From the human T2T-CHM13v2.0 reference genome, Homo sapiens, in assembly GCF_009914755.1 (NCBI RefSeq), contig NC_060925.1: 64,000 nucleotides of DNA. One strand, given 5' to 3'. This document shows, piece by piece, positions 1-50,709 of this stretch. Each line of letters begins with the position of its first letter. Positions within the stretch are counted from its first letter, which is position 1. The notes under the pieces were generated by a model that was given only the letters and a program-made list of their open reading frames with translations, made no database searches and was not told the DNA's origin. A program made the translations under genes and the position numbers.

Positions 1-72
1 ATTTGCAGTAGGAATATGACCCTAACCAGAAGACTCAGTGGATCCTTATCACCTTCATAGAAAGGTACTCAC

Positions 73-37449
<37,377 letters not shown>

Positions 37450-37586
37450 GCTGACGTTTGTGGCAGAAGAGGTGGAGCCAGGGACTGGGGAGAAGAAACC
37501 CAAACATATGATGGGTTAAAAACTGGTGAAATCAAATAGGTTTAATCAGGACTGAGGGATGTCAGTAACTGAAATTCTTAACTTAC

Positions 37587-37741
37587 TGTTGTGAAAAATG
37601 TGATCACTCCCCACAGCACTTTAGGATCCTTCACCACAAAAACAAGGTTTGAGGTGCCTGAACTCACAGCTGAAAGCACTGCCAGTAGCTCAGACTCTGA
37701 TAAGAGTGAGGTAGACTGTGGCCAGCGTGCCAGGTAACCGT
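37587..37741 (-). other. NBPF1: 5'-UTR exon (155 nt)
   Basis: gcaactgcag| acceptor, A|gtaagt donor; resembles the recalled NBPF leader. Confidence 0.65.
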
Positions 37742-38869
37742 CTGCAGTTGCAATAACAGAATTAGAAGGTGGGGGTGTCATGGAATCTTAGGAGCCCTGC
37801 ATTCCAATTGCCCAGGCTTTGCTGAAACACAGGCACCCTAGTCTCACCTGAGGGTCACCACCAATGGGGATCATTCCTTCAGCATTCACTCTCAGTATTC
37901 GTGTACCCTTGTGATGATGCCACAGACCCGTGTCTTTCCCAATACATCTAAGCATATTCCTCACTGTTTATCTCTTGTCTGTACAACATCATCAAGGCAG
38001 AAACAGTTTCCCAACAGGTTGTATTTTCTTAATGGTAGTCATGAAGTCACCCCACCTGCTCTCAGTTAAAACAGAGCTTAAGGCTTTTCCACAGGTGTAA
38101 GATATCAAACTTTTAGCCTGCCCTGATTTCCTCTGGGTCTTCTGCAGTTTTGTCTGTATCCACTAGAAAGTGAATGAATAATTCACTTGTAAAAAATGTT
38201 GTCTTTCCTGTCTCAGTATTCTTCTTGCTGTTTCCCATTGTTATGTTGATTTCTTTTTTCTCACTGGGCCACCATCTTTGCTTTTCATTACACTCTAGAC
38301 CAGTTTGACATCCCTATGTCCAGAGCTCTTCCTCTATGTGGGTTGATTTGGTTTTTGATGTCACTGAGCGCTACATTTTATACTTGTCACTTATGGATGT
38401 CATTCTAGTGTCACAAGAGCTCTTTTCAAGGTATCAAGTGATCAAAATCATTTATATAGAGATCTCCTGAAAACATGTATGACCATCTATCTTGGGAAGT
38501 TTCATAAACCTGATGCTATTTTGTTGTTTCCATTTTGTTTTCCCATATACTGAAAAGAACAGGGCCATGAGCGGTTCTTATGCAATATGGTTTGATATAT
38601 ATTTTGTTCAGATGACCTAACACCATTGATTTTGGGTTGCATTCCACTAACAGAACATGGCAAGATCAAGGTTATGGTCACGGTTGGTTGGTGATCCTCA
38701 GTGTTGCAGTAGAAGGTGAGTTTGAGATGAGAGGAATGAGTAGGAAAGAGTGATCCCCTGAACCACCTCCTCGCTTTCTCAGCTTTCATCCCCACCTAGG
38801 TTTTGTGAGCCTGGAACTTGGGAGACTGTTCTGTAGCCCAGGTCTCCTAAGATTGGCTGCTGGACTTGC

Positions 38870-38996
38870 CTGAGTTGAGGGTGCGGTGGGTTGACCCTGG
38901 GCTGCCCAGCATTCATGTGGTAGTGAAGGAAGGAGCACTGGATCAATCCCATTTCAAAGCATGTCTCTCTGCACTCCACACTGTCCTCCAATGACA
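38870..38996 (-). other. NBPF1: 5'-UTR exon (127 nt) with GC donor
   Basis: tttccttacag| acceptor, CAG|gcaagt donor. Confidence 0.6.
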
Positions 38997-40024
38997 CTGT
39001 AAGGAAACCGCTTTAAGACGTATCAATGGCTTTAAGTAAATGTATTTTCTGGCATCTGGGAGACCTGACATTCTGTGTCATAATGAAAATCTGTCATGTT
39101 TCTTTATTTTAAAAATGATAAAACTGCAGGTTCACAGAGTTACATGGCTTACTTGAGGTCACACGGGGATGAGTTTTCAGCACTGCCAATAAAAGCAATC
39201 ACATGAATTATTCAGTAATTATTCATAGGATCCATATAATTCAGTAAATATTCACATAATTATTTACTAGTTGTTCATTGACCAATTCGTACAAGGCATT
39301 TTGCTCAAAACTGAGCTTATATTTGGACATTGTATCTTCATCATAATCCTGTGGTAATGCTATTATCCGTAAGTAACAGGTAAGAAACCTGAAGAGGAGG
39401 GATAACAAATCATGTATTTGGACATATTTCCATTTTTTTTTTTTTTGGTTTTTGTGATGCTGGAAGAATGACCAGAATGAGTCATAGGAAGAGTATACAT
39501 TCCTGTAGTATTTTGCAGGACAGAGGTGTGACCTCCTAGAGTACTGGGACCAAAATTCCCAAGTGTCTGCAACCTTGCTTTAACAGTATGGGAGATCACC
39601 TCTATCACCTGGAATTCCCCTGGAACTCTGGAATATACAAGAGAAGTATGAGACTTGGGTCTTCCCTTGGCTGTGTTTAATTCACTCTTCTATGGAATAC
39701 CAATGATTCTCACTAAGACTTTGGCCTTTTCATAAGCACAATGTGCATTTTATGGAGAAGATTTTACACTTTGCTCTATTTAGAAAGAATAAATATGAGC
39801 AGTGGTTTAGGTTTTATGCCCTGGACTTAATATGTTTCTGATTCCTGTTTTGAGATTAAATTCTCATGTAAATAGAAAAATACTTATTATTTCTCATAAG
39901 GCCAAGTTTGTTATTAGTTTGAGTTTTTGAAGATGAAGCACAAACTTTTGATTTTATCTTTGTCTGTCTCTGTCAGCGCCACTCGTTGTCTCTCAGTATG
40001 ACCTGGACTTGCCCCTGCACTTAC

Positions 40025-40094
40025 CCTTGTCCTGCTGAACCATCTCCATGCACTGTCCAATTCCATCAGTGATTCGGGCTCCTTCCAAGGCTCC
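40025..40094 (-). other. NBPF1: 5'-UTR exon (70 nt)
   Basis: cccttttcag| acceptor, G|gtaagt donor. Confidence 0.65.
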
Positions 40095-40363
40095 CTGAAA
40101 AGGGCACAGAGATCAGGACATTAGGCACATTCCGGACACAAAGGCAACCCATACTGTAGAGTGGGCAGCTGTGTTTCCACTTCCCTAATATTCCAGTGAT
40201 GTCCTCAAACTGAAAGGAACACTTTCCCTTTTTAGGGGTCTGTTCTTCATGTCTCAGTGCCTCTGATCTAGTCAACACAACTGTCCTGAATGTGAAAGAA
40301 CTTGCTAAATTTCTAGTTTCTTGTTAGGTGGCTAAAATAGATTTATAAGACTTCCTTACTTAC

Positions 40364-40446
40364 CCATGACTGCTGAAGTTTGAATTCTTAGCAGTACGAT
40401 TCGTTTTCTTGTAAGGTGAGCAGCTTAGGAAAGATTGGCCATCTTC
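40364..40446 (-). other. NBPF1: Candidate 5'-UTR exon (83 nt)
   Basis: ctctttttgcacag| acceptor, G|gtaagt donor. Confidence 0.5.
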
Positions 40447-41153
40447 CTGTGCAAAAAGAGGCAAACTTAATTTCTACTCAAAGCATGCTTGAATTTGGAA
40501 TCAGGGCTTCCACTCTTCCGAAGTTGGAGTGTCACTGCGACAGGCATGTGTCCCGAAGGGCTCGTGTCTCTGCTATACTCAAAGTTTAAATGGAGCCCAG
40601 CAAGCCAGATGTCCTTTACTTCTAGGTTCCCTCAACAGTTTCTCCTCCGCTTTAGAGACCGCATTGAAAATATTCTTGTTCTGCTGTTGTGTTTTGGCTT
40701 TGGAATGATGTGATGCAGCTCAATGGGTCCCACCCCCAAGTTGATCAAAGTAAGAAACAGCTGGGAAAGTCAGTGCAAATACAAGTTCATTGTCCTCCTT
40801 GCAGGGATTCTGATTCAGAGGGCTCAGGTGGGGCCTGGAATGTGTTTGTTAACATGACTCAGATGTGCAGTCAATTTGGGGACTCACTGACAGCATTGAC
40901 CTTACAGTTTATGGGATGATTCTTTCTGTTTTGCTGATGAAGAAACTGAGGCACACAGAGTCTGTAACTTGCCCAAGTTCCCCTTGTTGTAAGTCCTGGA
41001 GCCAGATCTCAGGTGGACCAGTGCTTCTCTCCCCTATACCTCATTTCTGAGAAAAAGGAAATCTTCTGGAATTTGACTTCTTTCATCTAACACATTTCCT
41101 CACAACATGCAGCCAGCATCATATTTTGGCCACTTACTATTAAAGTGAGATGC

Positions 41154-41455
41154 TTTTTTTTTTTTTTTTTTTTTGAGACAGGGTCTTATTCTGTCACCCA
41201 GGGTGGAGTGCACTGGTGATTATAGATCACGGCAATCTTGAACTTCTGGGCTCAAGCGATCCTCCTGCCTCAGCTTTCCAAGTAGTTGGAACTCTAGGCA
41301 CACATCACCATTTCTGGCTAATTTTATATTTTTCATAGAGACAAGGTCTTGCTATGTTGCTCAGGCTGGTTTTGAACTTCTGGCCTCAAGCGATCCTCCC
41401 ACCTAGGCCTCCAAAAGTGCTGGGATTACAGAAGTTAGCCACTGAACCTGGCCCT
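41154..41455 (-). mobile_element. Alu (AluJ-like)
   Basis: T-tail plus consensus; TSD-like ga(g/a)atgcttt. Confidence 0.88.
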
Positions 41456-41544
41456 GAAATGCTTTTACTTTCTTTCTTTTTTTTTAAATGAAAATACTGG
41501 ACATGGAGATGTGGAAAGACACCTTGCTTTATTACTTTTGTTGT

Positions 41545-42640
41545 TATTATTATTTCTACAGTAGAATTTATACATCACAAAATTCACCATTTTTAAGCAT
41601 ACATTTCAGTGTCTTTTACCATATTCCAAAACTTTCGCAACCATCGCCACTACCTAATTCCAGAATATTTTCATAATGCCAAAAAGCATGCCTGTAGCTG
41701 TGGGCAGACACTCTCCAATTCCCCCCTTCTTGCGCTCTCTGACAACCACTAATCTACCTTCTCTATATATTGATGTACTTGTTCTGGGCACTTCCTCTAT
41801 ATGGAATAACAAAGTGTGGTATTTTCTATCTGCTTCTTAGAATATTGTTCTCAAGTTTCATCCTTTCTAGCCTGCGTCAGTACTTCAACTTTTTATGGCC
41901 AGATAATATTCCACTATATGGTTATACCACATTTTGTTTATTCATCAACTCATGGTGGTTTAAGATGTTTCCACTTTTTAACTATTAGGAATAATGCTGC
42001 TGTGAACAGCTTTGTACAGGTTTTTGAGTGAACATCTGTTTTTCATTTTCTTGGTTATAAACCTAGGAGTGCAATTGCTGCATCATATGTCACTTTATGT
42101 TTCACTTTTTGAGGAACTCACACACTGTTTACTAACTTCAGTAGCTACATCATTTTAGATTCCCAATAGTAATATATGAGAATTCCATATTCTCCATCAC
42201 TTTTGAAACATGTGTTGTCTTTATTTTTTTCTTAAGTCATACTGCTGGGTGTGAAGTGGTATCTCATTTTGGTTTAAATTTACATTTTCCTAATGACGAA
42301 AAACATTGAACATCTTTGCATGTGCTTCTTGGCCATTTGTGTGTTTCCTTTAGAGAAACCTCTACTCACAGCTTTTTTTCCCCATTGTTAAATGTGGTTG
42401 TCGTTTATTGCTCAGTTATATGAATTCCTTATATACTCTAGGTACTAGACCTGTGTCAAACATACAATTTGGAAATAGTTCTCCCATTATGTGGATTATC
42501 TTTTCACTTCCTTGACAGTGTCCTTTGAAGCATACAAGTTTTTTATTTTAATGAAGTCCATTTATCTATTTTTCCGTTGTTTGTGCCTACTTAAAAAATG
42601 TCTAATCCAAAATCACAAAGATTTGTACCTAGGTTTCCTT
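41545..42640 (-). mobile_element. Old L1M 3' fragment
   Basis: Antisense L1 3'-end/ORF2 motifs (ggtatctcattttggtttaaatttacattttcctaatgac). Confidence 0.7.
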
Positions 42641-43919
42641 CAAGACATCGTCTTTTGAATGAGAACTTTCCTGGGTTTTAGAGGAGGGTGGACATTGTTT
42701 ATTGATGCCTCCTGTCCATTACCGATGTTTCTCCTGATTGTTATTCATATGCTCACCACCCCTCCATGGAGCATCCATGGCCTGTGACAGAGCTCTGGGG
42801 ACTGATATCCTTCCACTGACTTTGGCGCTGGTGAGAGCCCTGGTCATGTGATTCAGCTTGGCCTTAACCCGACCCAGTTGCACATATTCCTCAGGCCCTT
42901 TAGAGTTGAAGTCGAGACCTCTCTGAGAACGCTTGCCAGCCCATGCTCTTCTAAGGCTGGAGCAAACTTCCTCCATCTATTCCAGACAGAGGGGACTGCA
43001 GGGGTTGGACTCACTCAAGATATCTCTGGTGTTAGAAAGAAGACCTGTTTCAGGCTTTGGGGAAGATTGTTCAATATGAACTAGGTCCTCTCTAATTATT
43101 TTTACCGTATGTGTGACTTCTTTCTAGAAACAAGGGAAGAATATTTATGTTAGAACATTTTGTCTATTCTTTGTCAATTGTTGTTTATCTACAATTTTAA
43201 CATGGATAAAGGAGAGTTCAGTGTCAATATATTCTTAACAACTAATTACGGCTCATGTCCACCGCCATGCGATCATATTTAAATCTGTCAACTATCCTGT
43301 TACTTAGGTATTATCCTGTTCCTGATGAGAAAACAAACTCAGAAAGATTGCAAAATTTCCCTAGGTCACAAAACTAGTGAGGAGAGGAGTAAGAATTAGA
43401 TATCCGTTCCTTTTGGCCTTCAAAGCTAACCTTGTACCATTAGATCAAACTGATTTACATACTTTTGCTGGAATTAGTCTCAGACTTGTGGTTCTCACTT
43501 GATTTTCCCAAGGAAACAGTGTGCCACTTTAATATCGTTTCAAACTTTGAAATTTAAAACTCTTTTTATTATACTTTTTTGTCTTTGTTCTATTCCGTTG
43601 CTTTTGGTTTCTTCTCAACGGATCCCTCTTATTTATATGCTAAATATTTGTTACCTATTTTCTGTCAATTTTCACCTTTTTGAGTGTTTGTTATCTGTCT
43701 GTTGTATGCTAACCGTTCTTCACTGAGGTAAAATTTGCATAGAGTATACTGCAAAAAAACCTAAAGGCACAGCTTAATAAATTTTAATATAATTATAATT
43801 GTAAAGTAACACCCAGTTAAAGACAGAGAACATTTTCCCCCATGCCACAAAGTTCTGATGTGGTCCTTGCCAGTCAATACTCATCCCCTAAATGAAGAAT
43901 ATATTCTGAATGTTGTCAC

Positions 43920-44350
43920 TGCCTTAGCCCCTTTGTGTTGCTGGAAAGGAATACCAGAGGCTGGGTAAGTTATCAAGACAAGAGGTGCCTTTTGCTCATA
44001 GTTCTGCAGGCTGTACAAGAAGCATGGCCCCCGCATCTGCTCCTAATGAGGGCCTGAGGCTGCTTCCACTTGCAGCAGAAGGTGAAAAGGAACCAGGGTG
44101 TGCAGAGATCATATGGCGAGAGAGGAAGCAAAAGAGAGCAAGGAAAGGTGAGAGGCACTTTTTAATAACCAGCTCCTACAGGAACTAAGAGAGTGAGAAT
44201 TCACTCACTACCTTCTCCCAGGGTGGGGATTCATCTATTCATGAGGGATCCACTCCCATGACCCAAACACCTCCCATTTACCCCCACCTCCAACACTGGG
44301 GACCACATTTGAACATGTGATTTGGAGGGGACCAATATTTAAACTTAGCA
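43920..44350 (-). mobile_element. MaLR solo LTR (MST family)
   Basis: TG...CA ends, MST-like internal sequence, 5-bp TSD gtcac/gccac. Confidence 0.85.
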
Positions 44351-44406
44351 GCCACCATAGATTCATTTTGCTTGATCATGTGCTTCATAAAAATGGAATC
44401 ATTTTG

Positions 44407-44575
44407 GCTGGGCCTGGTGGCTCATGCCTGTAATCCCAAGACTTTGCAAGGCTGAGGCGGGCAGATCACCTGAGGTCAGGCGTTCAAGACCAGCCTGGCC
44501 AACATGGTAAAACCCTGCCTCTACTGAAAATACAAAAAATTAGCCAGGCATGGTGGCCGGTGCCTGTAATCCCAG
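44407..44575 (+). mobile_element. 3'-truncated Alu
   Basis: Left monomer plus start of right monomer. Confidence 0.85.
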
Positions 44576-44941
44576 GCACCGGATATGTACTGGTATCTCA
44601 TATGTACAGGATATGTACTGGTATCTCATTGTTGTATTGATTGATGTTCCTGCTGGCTAAACAGTAGAGCATCTTTTCCTATGCTAATTGACCATTCATG
44701 TATCTTCTTAAGTACCTATTCAAGTCTTTTGAGAAATTGTTTCATTGTGCTGTTTATCTTATTAAACTTATATATATATACATACATATATATATACAAA
44801 TACACTCTAAAAAACCCCTTTGTTGGAAATAAATATATCTCCTATATTGTGGTTTCTTTTAATGTTCTCTTAATGTTCCCTGTTTGGAGATAACGATAGA
44901 TAATCTTCAAAAAGGTGAATATACACACCCACACCCACCCA

Positions 44942-44949
<8 letters not shown>

Positions 44950-45004
<55 letters not shown>
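44950..45004. repeat. (CA)n microsatellite
   Basis: Direct. Confidence 0.95.
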
Positions 45005-45007
<3 letters not shown>

Positions 45008-45039
45008 AGCCACCGGATCCAGCCTGTTGAATTTATTTC

Positions 45040-45930
45040 TAAGCACAACATGTATTTAGATGTTACTTGAAATGAAATTGTATTTTTATTTCATTTTCCA
45101 AATGCTCATTGCTAATACACAGAAATACAAAAGACTACTTCTATTGAGCTTATATTCTGCAACATTACCAAACTCACTAATTAGTTTTGGCAGATTTTTG
45201 TAGATTTCTAGGATTATTAACATACACAGTCATTATCTGTGAATAAAGACAGCTTCAATTCTTTCTTTTCAATCTTTTCAATACTTTTATTTATTTTTCT
45301 TACTTTATTGCATTGATTTAGATCTCTAGTATAATGCTGAATTGAAAGAATAACAACAGATATTCTACTTTTTTCTCTGATTTAATAGAAAAGCATTCAA
45401 TCCTATGCCATTTAATATAATGTTACCTCTGAGTTTTTTTCAAATCTACCCTTAATAGGGTTGAAAGTGTTGCCTTCTCTTCTTATCATGCTGAGAGTTT
45501 TCTGGGGTTTGTTTTTATAAATCATGAAAAAAGTTTTCAATTGTGCCAAATGCTTTTACTGTGTATGACAAGGTAATCATATGGTTTTTCTCTTTTGCCC
45601 TGATAATACATAACATTACATTTTCTTAAATATAAAAAAGATTTCTTGAATCAAGCTAGGACAGTTTTTTTAATTATAAACTTTTAACAAATATATTGAA
45701 ATATAACTTACATGCAATTGAGATGCATGAAAGTGTATAATCATTAAAGTGTATAATTTTAAGAGTTTGAGCACACTATACACGAGTCAAAGAGAAAGGA
45801 CAGAAAATACTAACGATGGCTCAGCACATGTGGTCTATCTTGCTGAATGCTCTATGTGAGTTTGAGAAGAGTTATTTGTTAGCTGTTCTTAGATGTATTT
45901 TGCTTAAATATCGACCTGGCTAACATGTGT
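45040..45930 (-). mobile_element. Old L1M fragments
   Basis: AT-rich antisense L1 ORF2-like sequence. Confidence 0.6.
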
Positions 45931-46763
45931 CATTGATTGTGTGAATTAATCTTGTTCTAGTGGGCAGTAAAATTACTGTCTGATCACTTTGGACTTATGT
46001 GGACTGGTTTATGTTTTATTACAACGGATTCATGGAAAGCCCACAGCATTTCCCAAGACCCTCTAATTTGGCAGGACTCAATCACCAATCCACCCCTTTG
46101 TGAATTTGTCAGGGTTTGCTTTTAGGCTTTAGCAGGTTGGTCTACAATAGGCCTTATTGAAAAGTGTGACACTTATTCCTAAAGCACATCCATTCTAGTG
46201 TCTCAGTTGGATACCTGGGTGCTAATGAGGTGTGCATGAGTTCTTCCCACCATGGATGGCAGAAACTCCATCATACATTCCCCAACCCTCCTCCACCTCA
46301 AGTACCTCTGGTCCAAACTCAATTTCATAGCAGCCACCCCTCTGTTAAAACTGTTAGTCTTTTCCTTGTGCAGGTAGAGTCCACTCCTTGATAAGTATGC
46401 ACATGGAACCCCACATAGACTTTGAGAGCTGCACCTTTGATCAGCTGTCTCCTCACTGGTGCCCTGCCCTGCAGATTGCAGTTGCTTCAGCCGTCTTGAA
46501 CTCTGATCTCTGCCTTCTCAGCTCAGTGAGCTGCCCTGCCCTGAGTGGACTCTAGCTCACTATGCAGCTGCTGAGAAATTCTCCCCAAACAACTAGGAAA
46601 TCATGGGGCTTCCCCCTTAAGTTTTCTCTTGGACTGCCTGTTGTACACTGCTGAAAACAATTTTACGTTTGTTTATGGAGGCAGGGTTAGTCTGATATGA
46701 TTTATTCTAACAGACAGAAGCAGAAATCTGTTATACTCTTTTAATTACTGTGTCTTTATAATA

Positions 46764-47389
46764 TTATGGTAGACAGAATCCTAAGATGACCCCCAGTGAT
46801 CTTTGCTCTTATATAATCACTTCCTCCTGAGTGTAGACAAAGCTACTGAGGAGATGTCACTCCTGTGATTGTGTTACAATTTATGGCAAAAACAAGTTAA
46901 CAGATGTAATCGAGATCCCAAATCGGTCCAATTTAAGATAGACAGATTATCTGATGAGCTTGACCTAGTGAACGTGAGTTCCTTGGAGGGACTGAGGACT
47001 TCCTGGAGAGATGTGAAGTGCAGGAGGGTTTCCATGCAGGGCGATCCTCCTCTGCTGGCTGGAGGAAGCATGCAGTGGGAACATGGGAGGCCTCTAGGAG
47101 CAGCGAGAGGCCCCTGGCTGACAGCCAGCAAGAAAACAGAGATCTCAGTCCTACAGTCACAAGGAACTGAACTCAGCTGACAACCTGAGGAAACTTGAGA
47201 GGAAGTTCTTCCCCAGAACCTCCAGAAAGAAACCCAGCCTAATTTCAGCCTGTGAGGCCCTGAGAAGAAGACCCAGAGAATCCAGGCCTGAACTTCTGAT
47301 CTGTGGACACTGCAAGAAAATAAATCATTCTTATTTTACGCCGCTAATGCTTGCAGTAATTTAGTATGCAGCAATAGAAAATTAATACA
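46764..47389 (+). mobile_element. MLT1-family MaLR LTR
   Basis: Starts tatggtagacagaatcctaagatgacccc; ends gcagcaatagaaaattaataca. Confidence 0.8.
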
Positions 47390-50300
47390 AATAAAATGGA
47401 GAAGGCTTTGGAGTGGGGACAAGAAGGAAACGGTGGGAGAGGGATGCCTGTATGCTGATATGGTTGATGCCTGTATGGTTGAATTGGGTCTACCGTTCCT
47501 CATCTAATTAGCTATGGTCTATTAAGGTGCATAGCTACACACAAATATTGGTACTACGTTCAATTCAGAGGAATAAGATATTGCATTCTTGAAAGTAGAC
47601 AAGAACACCCTGAATTTGGGGTCACTGTATCATAAGTCATGTTATCAGGTCCCTCTAGGAAGGCTTAGAGGAAGATTTCCAGGATACACTTGTGACAACA
47701 TTGAAGGCTTCTTTCTTCCCCAAAGGGACCCGATCTCCCCTCAGTCGAGAAGCTCCAAGTCTCTGAACTGGATGCCAGGTTATAAATTCCCCCTATACTG
47801 ACTCCATCAGGCTTCTGTCCTCAGAACTAGAGTTTATCAGTAAAAGATAGACTCATGGGAGTCTAGGCATTTATTCTCTTATTTTATATAAATCAGTTAA
47901 TGTGCAGGAACAAAACAGACTTTGAAGAAAGACACTCACAGTTGCCACAGGAAAACACCTTCAACATCCTCATGAGTCATCATGGGTGTTCTGTTGGGAG
48001 GACTTGATAGGAGGCTTTCCTCCTCATGGGCTAGTGCAGATCCAGGGGAAATGTCATCAAGTCCTCCATTTGGAGGGTAGCAGCTGAGGCTGCTGATTCG
48101 TTAGGCCTCCTGCAGCTGGAGATGCAAGTAGTGCATTTTCATGGCCACCGCAGGGCCCTCAGTTTAGCATTCTTCAGAGCCAGCATCCAACAAGCCACAG
48201 AAGCTCTGAGTATTTCCCTTTCCTCAGTCACCCACATAAATGGCTTCAGGGCCTTCTGGGGAAGGCCTGAAGGAAGATTTACAGCATACACTTGTGGCAG
48301 CATTGAAGGCTTCACTCTTCCTCAAGGGATCCAATCTCCCCTCAGTCAAGAAGCTCCAGGTATCTGAACTGGATGCCAGGTCATAAATTCCCACTATGGT
48401 GACTCCATCAGGTCTCTGTCCTCAGAACTAGAGCTTTTCTAAGTGTAACGTAAGTTGATTTCTTAGTAGATTTCCCATCCATTACATTCCCAGACACCTC
48501 ACAATGATTCGAATGATTAGTAACCACCACATATCCCTGCCTCTCAGGGAAATCCCTCCCGCCTTGTCTCTAGATGGCCAAGTCCCACGGCCTGTCCTCT
48601 ACTCTTCCAGAACCCTGTTGTTCTCACTGACAGCAGGGAGGGCAAATCCATGCAGCAGCTCCCGCCATGACCTCCAGCCTGCAGAGGATGGGCGCCACAG
48701 GACTTTTAAACGCATGCCGCTCTTCCCCTCACCTGTGCATTTCTTAACGCCTTGGTGAGGAGAATGTCTCTGGATCTTCCTTGATGGGAGCTAAAGGAAC
48801 AAAGGTAAATAATGTTATGGGACCCACTGAGAACTGGGGCTGTGGAAGAGTGGCCACTGAAGTAATAGACAGATGCAGCTATTGCCAGATACTCAGTGCC
48901 AGAGCAGGGAGGGACAGGGAAGAAATACGGACCTCACCTTCCTCTCACTTCCAGGATCCATCGGGGGCCCTCCATTGCTAAACCTAACTAGAAGTGTGCA
49001 CGCAGGGGAGCCAGGGATGCATTCTAGGAGGGACGAGCCCCGAGTGGCATGAGACAGGATGGAAATGAGTGGACAGTGGATCTGTGGGAAGAAGGAGGGG
49101 ATGTTATGGGAAAACAAAAGGAGAATACTAGCTAAGAACGCTAGGTGACATTAATATTCCGAAGTCTGTGCTCATATTCAGAAAAGAAAGTTCAGCATAA
49201 AGCACTAAATAAGGAGTCAAGATATTGTACTTCCAACTGTTGTTCCAACAGCTGTATTATAAAGGGCCACTTTATTTCATGCCTTTCTAATTTGACCTAA
49301 AGTGCCAGGTGGCATTGGGGCTGGCACAGCCTTGCTCAATTATGTGTTGCAGAGTACACAGAGACTGCCAGGCTGAGGGAAGATGCAAGAGAATAGAAGA
49401 GATGCTCTCAGGGAACAAGAGACCACATGGCCCCAGAGTCAGGGGCAGCATCAGCCACTGTCAGCTGCTCATTTTCCCAGACAGAGCCCACAAGCCTCAG
49501 CCATGCTTTGCTTCTGCAAGACGCTTCTTCACCTTTTCAATAAACCTGCCTGAATTTAAGCTGACAGGGTTTATTTCTCCTTCATCATAAATGAAATTCT
49601 TCACCACAACAATCTCCAATGAATTTTGGGCACAGCAGGCAGGCCCATTTCTGCTTCTGTTCCACTATCTCTCCTGTAGGTTGAAAAGGAGGAGGTACTG
49701 AATTACCTCCAAATGTTCCTCTGGCTCTGATATTCTGTTATTCTGGTTCCTTTTTGGCTACTTTGTTTTTGGTAGCGTGTATCCTAAGGCGTCCAGTTGA
49801 ACAACTTTTGTCTACTGTGTCCAGGCATTCCTGGTGGTATTTCAGATAAGACTCTCTTGGGTTGCTGAACTCACAACCACTGAACCAATTCTATGACCAT
49901 CTGTTTCATGGCCACATGTTTGCTCATTTTATATGTACATAAAGGGAGGGGACAGACAGCAAACTTGCGTGTTACAAATTGTATCATCTTAAAAAGGAAA
50001 CAAGGCAACACTTTGCAATAAAACCTTAAGATGCATGAAATTTGAGCCTAATGCAATAAAGGATGCCCATAAAATTCTTATCTAAAGAATGTTTCGAAAA
50101 TTGTTGTACAAGGACATCATCATTTAAAGTGATATGAAGAAACCTTCTCAGCTAAGCATATGGGCTAGATTAGAGAGAAAAATAAAGGACCCATCTCTGC
50201 CCTGGAAAAACTGCTGGTAGCATCTTTCAAAAAGCTCTCTGTGTTTGAGTACGCACCTTGATCCATAGGCTCACATTTGATCCCAACTGGCAGCTGCTTC

Positions 50301-50709
50301 TTGGCATTAACATTGGATTCCCAACTAGTAAATCTTACCAAGATCTGACTTTCTGCAGATATAATATTATTTTGTTTGACCATCCTTATCTTCAAGGGCT
50401 ACCAAGAAGGAACCAAGAATTTATTTACCTCCCCAAGGGAAAAGGTTTTACCAATGAGACACTTTCTCACCATGACCCCAGGACCCCATATGCCCTGTTC
50501 ACTTGAGTGCCCTGTGTGGCCTGACAGAAGCTCATGCTGGTCACAGGATTCCTTATATGACTAGCCTCCTTCCTGAATCCCAATTTCATGGTGGTGGTCA
50601 TGACAGGTGTCCTGTATCCCATGCTCATGTCCCTGAAGTCACCAGCCTATCTCCAGTTAGAAAAAATTACATGTATATAGAGAGGCCTCTTTGGAAGGAG
50701 CAAAAGCTT

